64,000 nt of DNA, taken from assembly GCF_036321535.1 (NCBI RefSeq), contig NC_087444.1, forward strand, positions 73,470,001 through 73,534,000, read 5' to 3'. The notes below the pieces were generated by a model. It made no database searches. It was not told where the DNA came from and worked only from the letters and a program-made list of their open reading frames with translations. The position numbers and the translations under genes were made by a program. This DNA comes from Camelus dromedarius. Taxonomy: Eukaryota. Shown here in pieces: positions 36,061-46,928 of this stretch; position 1 is the first letter of the stretch, and each line of letters begins with the position of its first letter.

Positions 36061-39000
36061 GTCGGCGGCGCACGTGTGAAACCGGGGAACCTATGGAGGC
36101 CGAGTCCCACGACGCAGGGTCCGAGGGCAGGGCTCAGGTCTACCTGCCCGGCCGGGGACCGCCGCTGCGGGAAGGAGAGGAGCTGGTCATGGACGAGGAA
36201 GCCTACGTGCTGTACCACCGAGCACAGACTGGTAGGGCTGGGCACCCGGACTCCTGGGTCCTGAGGAAGGAGGGAAATGGAATCCTGGGTCCTGAGGGGA
36301 GCTGGTTCTGAGCCTTTAACTTAACAGGCTCTCTAAAAGAGAAGACTGGGGACTAAGAGGGTTGACATCACACTCGAGAGGATTGAGATTCCTCTATCCC
36401 ATCCTAGTTTTCCAACCCCTCCCTCCATTCCCCAGGCTCCCCCTGTCTCAGCTTCGACATAGTCCGAGATAACCTGGGAGACAATCGGACTGAGCTTCCT
36501 CTTACACTTTACCTGTGTGCTGGAACCCAAGCGGAGAGCGCCCAAAGCAACAGGTGAGTAAGAACTGAGGCTTTCGCAGGACTAGACGTCTGAGCCTCCA
36601 GCTCCTCCTTCCTCGAGACCTAGAAGTTGTGGTTTCCAGCCTCTCTTCCCTTCTGAGGATCCTGGCATCTAGTGCCTCATTCATCCCACACTTCCCCCAG
36701 ATTGATGGTGCTTCGGATGCATAATCTGCATGGGACGAAGCCTCCACCATCTGAGGGCAGTGATGAAGAGGACGAGGAGGAGGACGATGAAGAGGATGAA
36801 GAAGAGAGGAAGCCTCAGCTGGAGCTGGCTATGGTGCCCCATTATGGCGGCATCAACAGAGTTCGGGTAAACACAGCCCGGGGAGCCTGCCCTACATTCT
36901 CTGGAGCACAGCCCCACATCCATACCCTTCAGCTTTTAGAAAAGCACCTGGCATATAGTTTTATATATTAGTTTATAAATGTCTTAACTATTATGAGCAT
37001 TGTCACTAGGTGCTAGATGCCACGGGGATATTTTTTAATGTTATTTTTTCTTTGTAAATGGTGATAGTTACAGAACTTCCCTGGTGGGGCTGATGTGAGG
37101 ATAAAATGGAGTAACGTACATTTCAATAGCCGAAGTTATTTTAGGTATTTAGGAACAGCACTTGGCTGTAACATGAGATATGTGTTTTCCATTATTGCTC
37201 TGGGAGTGTTCTGGGCTGTGGGGTTACTTCTGTGCTTCAGAGTTACTGTCCCTTCTGATCAGGTTGATGTGAGAATTAAAGGCGGTGCTGTACTCGGAGC
37301 AGTGTTTGACCTGTACACAGTTCTTGCTCTGAGTTTCCATTAGAGTATTACCATGTTTCAGGACTTGTTCTAGACTCTAGGGATTTCACAGGAAGCAAAA
37401 GGTCTCTGGCTGTTTGAAACTCACATGCCAGGTGGGGCGGGAACAAGAAACTTAAGTGTCTGTGTGTATATCAAAAGATACTGAGTGTTGTGGAGAAAAT
37501 GAAGCAAGGGAAAGGAGTTAGGGTCTTTCAGGGTGGGGTTGCTATGTTCAATAGTGTGGTCCAGGAAGTATTCACCAATAAGGTGCCATTTGAACAGAGA
37601 CCCACAGGAAATGAGGGAGTGAGGCAAGGATACCTGTGGGAAGAGGTTTGCCAACACGGGAATAACAAGTGCAAAGGCCCTGGGGCGAACTTGGCATGTT
37701 GGAGGAGTTTTGAGGGAAGCTGGGGAGAACAGTACTGAATGGATGAGGGGAGAGCAACACAGTTTGGCAGGTGGCCATGGAGAAGACAGATCTTTAGGGC
37801 CTTGTAGGCTATTACAAAGACTAGGCTTTTGCTTGGGGTGGAAGTGGGAGCTGTTGGAGGGTTAAAAGCAGAAGACAGACTGGATCTGACTTGTGTTTTA
37901 AAGGGATCCCTGTGACTGCTGTATTGAGAGTAGACCGCAGGGAGGCCAGGGCAGAAGGATGGAGACCTGTGAGCAGGAGGCCAGTACAGGAACGCAGGGA
38001 AGGGTGACTTCAGCAGTAGCCTGAGTGACGGCAGCAGAGGTACCGAGAAGGGTTTGGAAGTGGTGCATTCTGAGTGGCCCTAGCATAGATGGTGGGCCTG
38101 AGGAAGGAGAGACAAGTCAGGAATGAGTCGCACAGTTTGAGGCTGAAGTGGGGACCTCCAGGGAGAAGTAGGTTGCAGTGGGTGATTAGGAACTTGGATT
38201 TGGTCTTGTGCAGTCTGAGTGGTCAGTTCAATGTGAGTCTGGAGTTAAGGAGAGAGGTCAGGGCTGGGGGCTACTGGAATGGGATCTCCTAAGGAGCCAA
38301 CGTACAGAGGCAGAGAGACCTGAAGACAAGGCCTGCGACCCGGTTACAGAGGGTTAGAGGGTTCCAGAGACCAGGAGTCTGAACACACTTTGGGGGGCTG
38401 GTGGAATTACAGCCTTGATTCCCCGGAGTCTGGAAGGAGTTTTGTTCTGCCACAGCCACCATTGTCTCTCCCGCAGGGTGGGGAATTGTCCCACGTGCCA
38501 GGCTGGTCTCTTGGGCTGTGATTCTGTTCCTGAAAAGGTTTCTGGGAGTTGTAGTCCAAGCCCGGGGCTGGGAGGGGGGTCTGAGGAGCCGCAGTTCTGA
38601 TTCTTGGGGATGCTATGGTCACCATACTGAGCCTTCTCTCTCATCCCTCCCCTCCCCCCCCTCCCTGTAGGTGTCATGGCTGGGTGAGGAGCCTGTGGCC
38701 GGGGTCTGGTCAGAGAAGGGCCAGGTGGAGGTGTTTGCACTGCGGCGGCTTCTGCAGGTGGTGGATGACCCCCAGGCCATGGCGACTTTCCTCCGGGATG
38801 AGCAGGCCCGCGTGAAGCCCATCTTTGCCTTCTCTGGCCACATGGGCGAGGGCTTTGCCCTCGACTGGTCCCCTCGAGTTCCCGGTGAGTCCCTGGGGTG
38901 TGCAGTTGGTCCTGGGTGGTGGGAGGGAGCTGGGTTTACAGCAGGGGTGGGTGCTAAGACAGGAGTGAGCTGTTGGCCAGGTGGACAAGGCGGGGTTCCT

Positions 39001-40956
39001 GCCTCTCTTCCCCAGGGCGCCTGCTGACAGGTGACTGTCAGAAGAACATCCACCTCTGGACGCCTACAGACGGTGGCTCCTGGCACGTGGACCAGCGACC
39101 ATTTGTGGGCCACACGCGCTCCGTGGAGGACCTGCAGTGGTCCCCGACCGAGGACACAGTGAGGGAGGGCTGGGGGTCTGGACTCGAGCATCTTGGGGGA
39201 GGAGGGGCTGGGGTCAGGTCCTGATGAGGGGGTCTCTAAAAGAGAGGGCAGCCCACCACTAGTCCCGGGTTTTCAGGGTGGGGTACACCAGGGTCACTCA
39301 GAGCCCGCCTTGTCCAGGTGTTTGCCTCCTGCTCAGCTGATGCCTCCATTCGCATCTGGGACATTCGGGCAGCACCCAGCAAGGCCTGCATGCTCACCAC
39401 CGCCACTGCCCACGACGGGGACGCCAATGTCATCAGCTGGAGCCGCCGGGAGCCCTTCCTGCTCAGCGGTGGGGATGACGGAGCCCTCAAGGTCTGGGAC
39501 CTGCGGCAGTTCAAGGTATTGTCCCCGCTGGACACCTGGGAGGGAGAAGCACCTGCCCCCAGCAGCCACTAGGATTCCTGGGGTTTCCCTCCTTAGGTGG
39601 TTCATACACCAGAGCTGGGAAGTCCCTTTGATTAGGGGCCCAACCCCTTCGGGGTCCAGATGAGGAAAGAGGCTGAGCGAGCAAGAGGAAGGCTTGGGGC
39701 TGGCATGGGCTCGCCCACTCTGCCAGCTGGAGAACTGACAAGGGAAGGAAGGGGCCGGGCGGCGGCAGAGAGTACAACTCTCATCTGCCCGTTGGGGAGC
39801 GGTGCTGCCAGCCGTAGTGCTGCCCAGGGGCGCCAGGGCTTCAGGAGATTGCAGTTTTTCTTTCAGTGGATGTTACAGTATCAGCTGAGAATCAGGGCCC
39901 AGCTCACTCATTTTGGGCGAGGACACTGAGGCACAGAAAGGACAGGAGCAGATATGTTACCACCCAGCTGAGAGCTGACTTTGTAGAGCTGGGGGGTGCT
40001 CTGGGCAGGAGAAATTGTAGCTTCTGGCATTGCTCCCCATCTCCCCCGAGACAAAGCCATAACGTCATGCACCTCTGTGCCTTTCTGGGATGATCTTTTT
40101 TCTCCCTCCAACGTAATGAGTTCTATAGAAGTAGCCCTGGGGAAGCTTCCAGCAATGCACCAAGGCAGGGGCATGGCCAGGTCACGTGGCCAAGTTGCTT
40201 GGCCACTGGAACTTTGGAACCATTTCTCCAAATTAGACTCTGATCTCCACCCACAGGCTTTGCTGTAAAAGTGCTGTTCTTTGCATCAGCTCTCTCTGGA
40301 GCCCAGGGGCCATGCTTCTGCCTGCTTTAAGGCCTTTACAAGGGGAACTACACCTTCCTTTTAAAGGAAAGGAAACTGAGGCACAACCTGGAGGAGCAAG
40401 GGTGGGGATTTGGGGACCTGGAGCTGGGAGGGGCTTCTTTGCAGGTGAGACCACAACTCCCAGCAGCCTCTGGGACATCACACCTTTATGACCAGCTGCA
40501 CTCTGCCCTCTGTCCCTTTCAGAGACTCTGGGTCTGTGGGGGCTTAAGGAGTGGCTCCTTGGTTGAACCCTAAAGCTGGAGGGCTGGGGGGGCTCTACCA
40601 GAAGGGGCTCAGAGGCCCTGACTCCCATTTTCCCATAGTCTGGCTCCCCGGTGGCCACCTTCAAGCAGCACGTGGCCCCCGTGACCTCTGTCGAGTGGCA
40701 CCCCCAGGACAGTGGGGTCTTTGCGGCCTCGGGCGCAGACAACCAGATCACGCAGTGGGACCTGGCAGTGGAGCGGGACCCCGAGGCGGGCGACACGGAG
40801 ACTGACGCCGGGCTGGCGGACCTGCCGCAGCAGCTGCTGTTCGTGCACCAGGGCGAAACAGACCTGAAGGAGCTGCACTGGCACCCGCAGTGCCCAGGGG
40901 TGCTGGTCAGCACTGCGCTCTCGGGCTTCACCGTCTTCCGCACCATCAGTGTCTGA
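36045..40956 (+). CDS. GRWD1: Glutamate-rich WD repeat-containing protein 1, 7 coding exons, 447 aa
   Basis: Exons 36045-36231, 36436-36553, 36701-36866, 38671-38884, 39016-39158, 39318-39515 and 40639-40956 total 1344 nt in frame. The protein has the acidic tract [17 protein letters not shown] and WD40 repeats ([42 protein letters not shown]). Confidence 0.97.
37440..38330 (-). mobile_element. L2 fragment in GRWD1 intron 3
   Basis: aagtgcaaaggccctggggcg...cttgtaggctattacaaagactaggctttt...ggatctgacttgtgttttaaaggg; similar L2 bodies at about 11150-11520, 19050-19500 and 63500-64000. Confidence 0.65.
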
Positions 40957-41999
40957 GGCTGGCCCAGCGTTGTACGGCCTGGCCTTCCACTTGGGAACTG
41001 GAGCTGAAGTTCATTCCCCTGAAAGGGACTCATTCAGACCTGTTGGCCCGCCCCTTCCTGCGAGGACGCAGTCTGGCCCTTTGGCCGCCATGATGGACTC
41101 TGCCTGACTTAGTTTTCTTTGAAAGGACTTGGTTTGGTCTGGTGGCCCCTCTTGCCAAAGGATGTGGTTTGACCCATGGCTCTCAAAAGCTAGGACTTGG
41201 TTTGCTCCAAGGATTCCTCCAACCAAAGGCCTTGGTTTGAGCTGTGCCTTATAAAACCCCTGGGTTTGGCTCCAGTGACCACCTGTCAGAGACTCTGTTG
41301 GCTTTTTTCCCTGGTGGGGCCGGGTTGTTGTGGATATTTTGTCTTGACCCTTTGACCTCTCTGCCACTGGTTCCCCCCAGGGAACTTGAGAGCTTTACAG
41401 TGGCTAGACCAGATTTGAGGGGTGGCTTCCTCCAGCCGAACTGGGTTTGCCCCCTCCTGCAGCTGGCTTTTGGCCAGGACTTCCCGAGGAGAGGCTGCGT
41501 GGGGCTTTCCCTCCCAAAAGCAGGCGGTGCGCGGGGAGGAAGGTCAGGGGCTGCTGAGAGGCCGTAAAGGACCAGCACGAGGCCTGAAGTGTGTGAGACT
41601 CATCCTTCTGCCACTGCTGCCCTATGAGGGGAGGGGAGAGGGAGGCAGGACCCGGCACCCGGCTGTCCCTAGGCCATTGGGTCCCCGCCCTGTGCCGTCC
41701 ATCCCACACCCCATTGGGTGCTATCTGGCTCTGCCGTCCCTAAATTTTATTCTATCTGGAAATCACCCCAGGTCTCTGGAGGGGTATCTCACTTGTTCCC
41801 CCAAACTTTGTAAGACTTCATCTCGGGGGAACCAGGGAGCCCTGTCTCTCTTGTCTTCCCACCACTGTTCTCATTATCACTCTCTCACCATTTCTTTGTT
41901 CCCTCATCTGTGTCCCCATCTTCCTGTGTCTCCTGGCCCCCAGGCTCTGTCTTCCTCCCCCTCCCGTGTCTCCTCTGCCACAGTCTCCAGCCTGCTTGG

Positions 42000-42247
42000 G
42001 CCACGGCCCAGGCGCCCTGCCTGGCCGTCCTCCCTGGCTCCCCCTCTGCGGCTCTGAGCTGGCCCCACCTCCTGCCCCCCCCTTGGGCCAGGCCTCTGAT
42101 CCGCCTGTGGACACCGAGGTCTATTGCCTGGCACAAGGCCCCTGGGGCCGAGGACAGACCGCAGCGCCTCAGCACCCCCAGAGGCAGCCCCTCAGCCTGA
42201 GCAGAGGAGCCCCCGGCAGCAGGCATGGGGGTGGGCTGCCCCACCAG
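42000..42247 (+). other. KCNJ14: Probable non-coding first exon of KCNJ14 (5' end uncertain)
   Basis: Perfect donor CAG|GTAAGT at 42248. The matching acceptor is tttcttgttcccgcAG at 46875-46876, 52 nt before the KCNJ14 ATG. Confidence 0.55.
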
Positions 42248-44157
42248 GTAAGTACTCCACGCAGAGCCCCCAGGCCAGGGTCCCCTCCCGCCTCCTTGCC
42301 TGCCATCTTCCTTTCTGGGGCATCTGCCCCAACACCCCCACCCCATCCTCACTGTTCCCCCCTCAGAGGGTTCTATCTCACCCTCAGTGACAGATCCCAG
42401 CCCCAGAATAATCCCCCCCCCAGGTCTGGTGCCCCCAACTCTGAGCTCATCTCCATTTTCTGCCCTTTTTCACTCCACCCCTCCATGCTCCTTCATCTTG
42501 TCCCACCTCTGTCTCCCATCTGCCTGTCTTCATGGCTCCTGTCTTTCCAGTTCCTAAGATCATCTCCACTTCTCTTGGCCCAGCTGCTCCTGGTCTTCCT
42601 GTTTCTTTTCTGTCCCCTCTGGGTTCCCGAGACACCCATGGGGTCTCCGTCTCCCCCTCTTTCTCAGGCTGCCTCACTCCACCTGCCCTCTGCTGCCATC
42701 TCTGAGCCTCTGTACTCTTGTTTTCCTTCAGCCTCCACCCCTACCTCCCTTCCTGTCAATCTCTGCCCTCCAACCTGTTGCCCAGACCCCACTGGTGAGT
42801 TGGGGGTCGTGGGGGGACCAGCCAGGGTCTCAGGGAGAGTGGGAAAGTGCTGTGAGGGGGTGGGGCGGGGCTTCTTGGCCCCAGATTAAACAGTGACTTT
42901 GACACGAAGTTGATGCACCTTAAGCCCTGCGCCGCCTTAATATGGAAACATTAAGCTGCTCTCCCAGGTCAGGGGGAGGCGGGGGAGGGGGAGGACTTCA
43001 GGCACTGGATCCTCTTCCCTCGTGTCCTGCCGTGGCTGCTGGGAGGTGTGTGCCCTGCGAGCTGGGCCATGTTGGACTCAGACGGGACCCCCTAGAGGTG
43101 AAGGCCCCTGTCCACTTTCGGAAATGGACGAGGTCACGTCTGCCTCACAGGGCTGAGGGGCCCCAGGAGGATTTAGGAAAGCGGAGTCCTGGGTTGGAAA
43201 GTCTGAGGACCCAAACCGGCACCTCCATCCCCAGTACTCTGCTGGTCTGGCCAGTTCTCTGAGCCACTCCCCCACCTGTGAATCGGGGCGATGACCTTGA
43301 CCTCCCAGCATCCTGAGCAGCCAAGGTGAGCAGCGGGGTCTGATGGAGCCCAGCAGGCAGTCTGTGGGCATCTGGTGAGCTCTGCATTGTAGGTGCTTGG
43401 GAAACCTGAGCAGGCAATTCGGTTGCCTGTAGTCCACTCTGCCACTCAGGCTTTGGCACCGAGAAGGCTGAGTGGGAGTCCAGGGTTTGCCGCTCCTTGG
43501 CTAAGGGACCGGGGACAAGAGATGGACCTCAGCTCTTCAGTTGGCTTTACTGTGAGAAGCCAAGTTGCGACATGCAAACGTTGTGGTCAGAGATGGGTGG
43601 GTGGGTGTAAGGGCCCCAACCCCCTGCCCCTACTCTGTCACCTGGTGGTCCCTGAGGGGTGCTAGTGCACAGTGGGGACTTCTGGGCAGGAAGGGGCTAT
43701 AAATGGAGAGGTCAGAGCCTGGATTCTGACCTCAGACCTGCCCCCTTCAATGACCAGCCTCAGTTTCCCCTTTTTAAAGAACAATCTCTAATGCCCAGAG
43801 TAGCTGAGGATGAAAAGAAGAGAGTTGGGGCACATCATGGATGCTAAACACAGCCAGGCCCCGTCCTCTCTGACCTGAGCCTCAGCTTTGACTCTCTAGA
43901 ATGGGCCTAATAAGCACCCATGTGGTGGGGCTGTCTGGGTTCAGGTGCAGACCTCTGAGCAGGGGTCAGGGGAGGGGGAGGGTACCAGTTGGTGTTGAAC
44001 TTGACATCACCTAACAGCCCTCTCCTTGGAGTGAGTGCCCCCAGCCCTGCCAAGAAGCCAATAATCTCCAGAGCCTGGTCCAGGGGGCCCATTGTACATA
44101 GGTGCTTGATAAATACTGACAGAACTGATATGCAAAATGTTGGGAGGGTGGTCCTTG

Positions 44158-44249
44158 TTTTTTTTTTTTAACGGAGGTATTGGGGATTGAACCCAGGACT
44201 TTGTGGATGCTAAGTACCCACTCTACCACTGAGCTATACCCACCTCCCC
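44158..44249 (-). mobile_element. Vic-1-like SINE
   Basis: ggaggtattggggattgaacccaggac...ctctaccactgagctatacc. Confidence 0.85.
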
Positions 44250-44409
44250 ATATGCAAAATATTTAACCCCCTACCCCAGACAGGTCCTGGAAGTCCCCGC
44301 CTCACAGTGCCAGATGTTAACCCTGCAGCTGCTGGAGGACAATGAGGTCTGCAGGTCCATGCCTAGTCCCTTCCCTCCTCCTCTCCTCCCCACCACTCTG
44401 CCCAGGGTT

Positions 44410-44790
44410 CAGCTGCTTAAGATTCCCTCCATTTCTCAGATGAGGGAACTGAGACTCAGGAAGGGATGTGACTTGCCACCAGTCACACAGCTAGTTAAGT
44501 GCCTGAGCTGGGATTCAAACTTGAACAGCCTGATGCAAAAGCCTGAGGTCTTAGATCGCTGCTCCTTTCAAGGTTGTTTTTTTTTTAATCCCCATTCCAC
44601 AGATGAGCAAACTGAAGAGGAAGCCAGTGGTCCCAGGGCACACAGTGGGTCAGCAACTGACCGAGGACTGGGTCCTGGGTCTCTATGTCTGGAAGACCTT
44701 CCTGACCTTGGAGAAGTCCAGTTTCCCCATTTTACAGCTGAGGAAACTGAGGCTCAGGAAGGCTGGCCCAAGATCTGAGGGTCAGGGCTA
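44410..44790 (-). mobile_element. MIR fragments
   Basis: ccatttctcagatgagggaactgagactcagg and cccattttacagctgaggaaactgaggctcagg. Confidence 0.75.
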
Positions 44791-44831
44791 AGCCTGGGTC
44801 TTCCTGGAGGCTTTTTTTTGGGGGGGGGGGG

Positions 44832-45990
44832 TTGTAACAGCTTCATTAAAATATAATTCACAGACCCTAGACTTCATAGAGGAAAATGTACAATTCAGTC
44901 TTTTTTAGTATAATCAGAGTTATACCACTATCACCATATTCAACTTTAGGACATTTTCATCCCCTCAATAAGAAACCCCATTCCGCTGGCTGTCACTCCC
45001 CAAGCCCCCATCTCCCCATCCTCCCCACAACTAGTCNNNNNNNNNNNNNNNNNNNNNNNNNNNNNNNNNNNNNNNNNNNNNNNNNNNNNNNNNNNNNNNN
45101 NNNNNNNNNNNNNNNNNNNNNNNNNNNNNNNNNNNNNNNNNNNNNNNNNNNNNNNNNNNNNNNNNNNNNNNNNNNNNNNNNNNNNNNNNNNNNNNNNNNN
45201 NNNNNNNNNNNNNNNNNNNNNNNNNNNNNNNCATTCATCGGCTAATGGATATTTGGGTTGTTTCCATCATTTTTTGGCTATTGTGAATAATGCTATGATC
45301 ATCTGTATACCGCGTTTGTGTAGACACTTGTTTTTATTTCTCTTGGGTAGATACCTGGGAGTGGAATTGCTGGGTTATCTGGTAACTCTATGTTTAACCA
45401 CTTAAGGGACTGTTAGACTGTTTTCCACACCAGCTGTACAAGTTTACATCCACCAGTAGCGTGGGAGGGTGCCAGTTTTTCCACATCCTTGTTAATGCTT
45501 TTTGGGTTTTTTGTTTTTTCTAATTTTTATAGCTATCCTAAGTGGGTATGAAGTAGTGTCTCATTGTGGTTTTGATTTGCATGTCCCCGCTGGCACATGA
45601 TGTCAATTATCTTTTCACGTGTTCAGTGACTGTATAGTTGACCCCTGAATGGCACGGAAATTAGGAGTGCCCACCCTCTGCACAGTCAAAAATCTTAGTA
45701 TAACCCTAGAGTTGGTCCTCTGTATCTGTGGTTCTGAATCCAAGGATTCAACCAACCAGGGACTATGTCATACTACAGTAGTATTTATTGAAGAAAAAAA
45801 AATTGCATATGAGTGGACCCATGATGTTTAAACTCAGGTTCAAGGGTCAAATGTATATCTTTTTAGAAGAAATGTCTATTCAGATCCTTTGCCCATTTTA
45901 AAATTTGGTGGGTTTTTTTGGTTTGTTGTTGTTGTTGTTATAAGGGCTCTCTGTTTTAGAAAGTTTCTTAGATATAATTTGCAACTACTG
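44832..45990 (-). mobile_element. Old L1 (L1M-type) 3' fragment
   Basis: aacagcttcattaaaatataattcac...tgggtagatacctgggagtggaattgctggg...ctcattgtggttttgatttgcat...tgtctattcagatcctttgccca: typical antisense L1 3' sequence. Confidence 0.75.
45635..45853. mobile_element. Tigger2-derived (Tc1/mariner) MITE with TA target-site duplication, nested in L1
   Basis: TA|TAGTTGACCCCTGAA ... TTCAAGGGTCAAATG|TA: imperfect 15-bp inverted termini flanked by TA. Confidence 0.75.
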
Positions 45991-46085
45991 TTTCCCATTA
46001 GTGAGCTGTCTTTTCACTTTCCTGTTAGTGTCCTTTGAAGCACAAGACTTTTTTTTTTAATAAATTATTTTTTAAGCTTTTTTTT

Positions 46086-46190
46086 GGGGGGGGGAGGTCA
46101 TTAAGTTTGTTTTTTAGTGGAGGTACTGCGGTTCAAACCCAGGACCCTGTGCATGCCAAGCATGCACTCTACAGCTGAGCTATACCCTCC
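46086..46190 (-). mobile_element. Vic-1-like SINE (first of a tandem pair)
   Basis: ggaggtactgcggttcaaacccaggacc...gagctataccctcc. Confidence 0.85.
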
Positions 46191-46202
46191 TGCCTTTTTA
46201 AA

Positions 46203-46292
46203 TTTTTTTTTTTAATGAAGGTACTGGGGATTGAACCCAGGACCTCGTGTATGCTAAGCATGCACTCTACCACTAACCTATTTCCATCCCCC
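46203..46292 (-). mobile_element. Vic-1-like SINE (second of a tandem pair)
   Basis: ggtactggggattgaacccaggacctcgtgtatgctaagcatgcactctaccact. Confidence 0.85.
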
Positions 46293-46429
46293 AAGAGGTT
46301 TTCATTTTGACAAAGTTTAAGTTACCTTTTTTCCCACCTTTTGTTTCTTGTACTTTCTGAGCTTTTGAACCACAGGTGACCTCAGAGCCTGGGCTCATCT
46401 CTGCGCTGCCTCCACGCTGAGCAGTAGTT

Positions 46430-46640
46430 ACCATTAGTCTTTATGAGCATAGACTCTGGAGCTGGATGCTAGCACTCAAATCCCAGCTTATTGAGCCGTG
46501 ACCTTGGGCAAGTTAAATAAACGTTCTGTACTTGGGTTTCCTCATCTGTAAAATGGGGATAATGATGCCTACATTGCTGTGAGGCTCAAATATGTAAATT
46601 CACATAAAGTGCACTGTATAAATGTCTGCTCTAATTACTG
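46430..46640 (+). mobile_element. MIR
   Basis: gtgaccttgggcaagttaaataaacgttctg...tttcctcatctgtaaaatggggataatgatgcct; further MIR cores at about 13300, 18490, 25580, 31700, 51490, 58730 and 59950. Confidence 0.8.
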
Positions 46641-46928
46641 TAGTGCCTGCTGTAACCCAGTATTGTTACGGCTGTAGTTTTGTTGCTGTCATTGCTACAG
46701 GTAACTCCTACAGTATCATCATCATTGTTGTTGATGCTGTACTGTTCTGATTTTTCCATCCATTTGCCAGATGAAGCCACTAAGGCCCAGGGAGCATGCC
46801 TGGCCAATAAGCCCACCCATTCTTAGCACCCTAGACTTGGTGGCATCCCTGGCATGCGCATTTCTTGTTCCCGCAGGTTCGGGGCGCCCGCCCCCCGCTA
46901 GGCCAAGTGGAGGGGGTGTCCCCACCCA

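Noticed and set aside
36004-36264. Out-of-frame ATG upstream of GRWD1
   Set aside because: The ATG is part of the CCGGAAATGACG promoter motif and probably lies at or upstream of the TSS; the 86-aa product is not recognisable.
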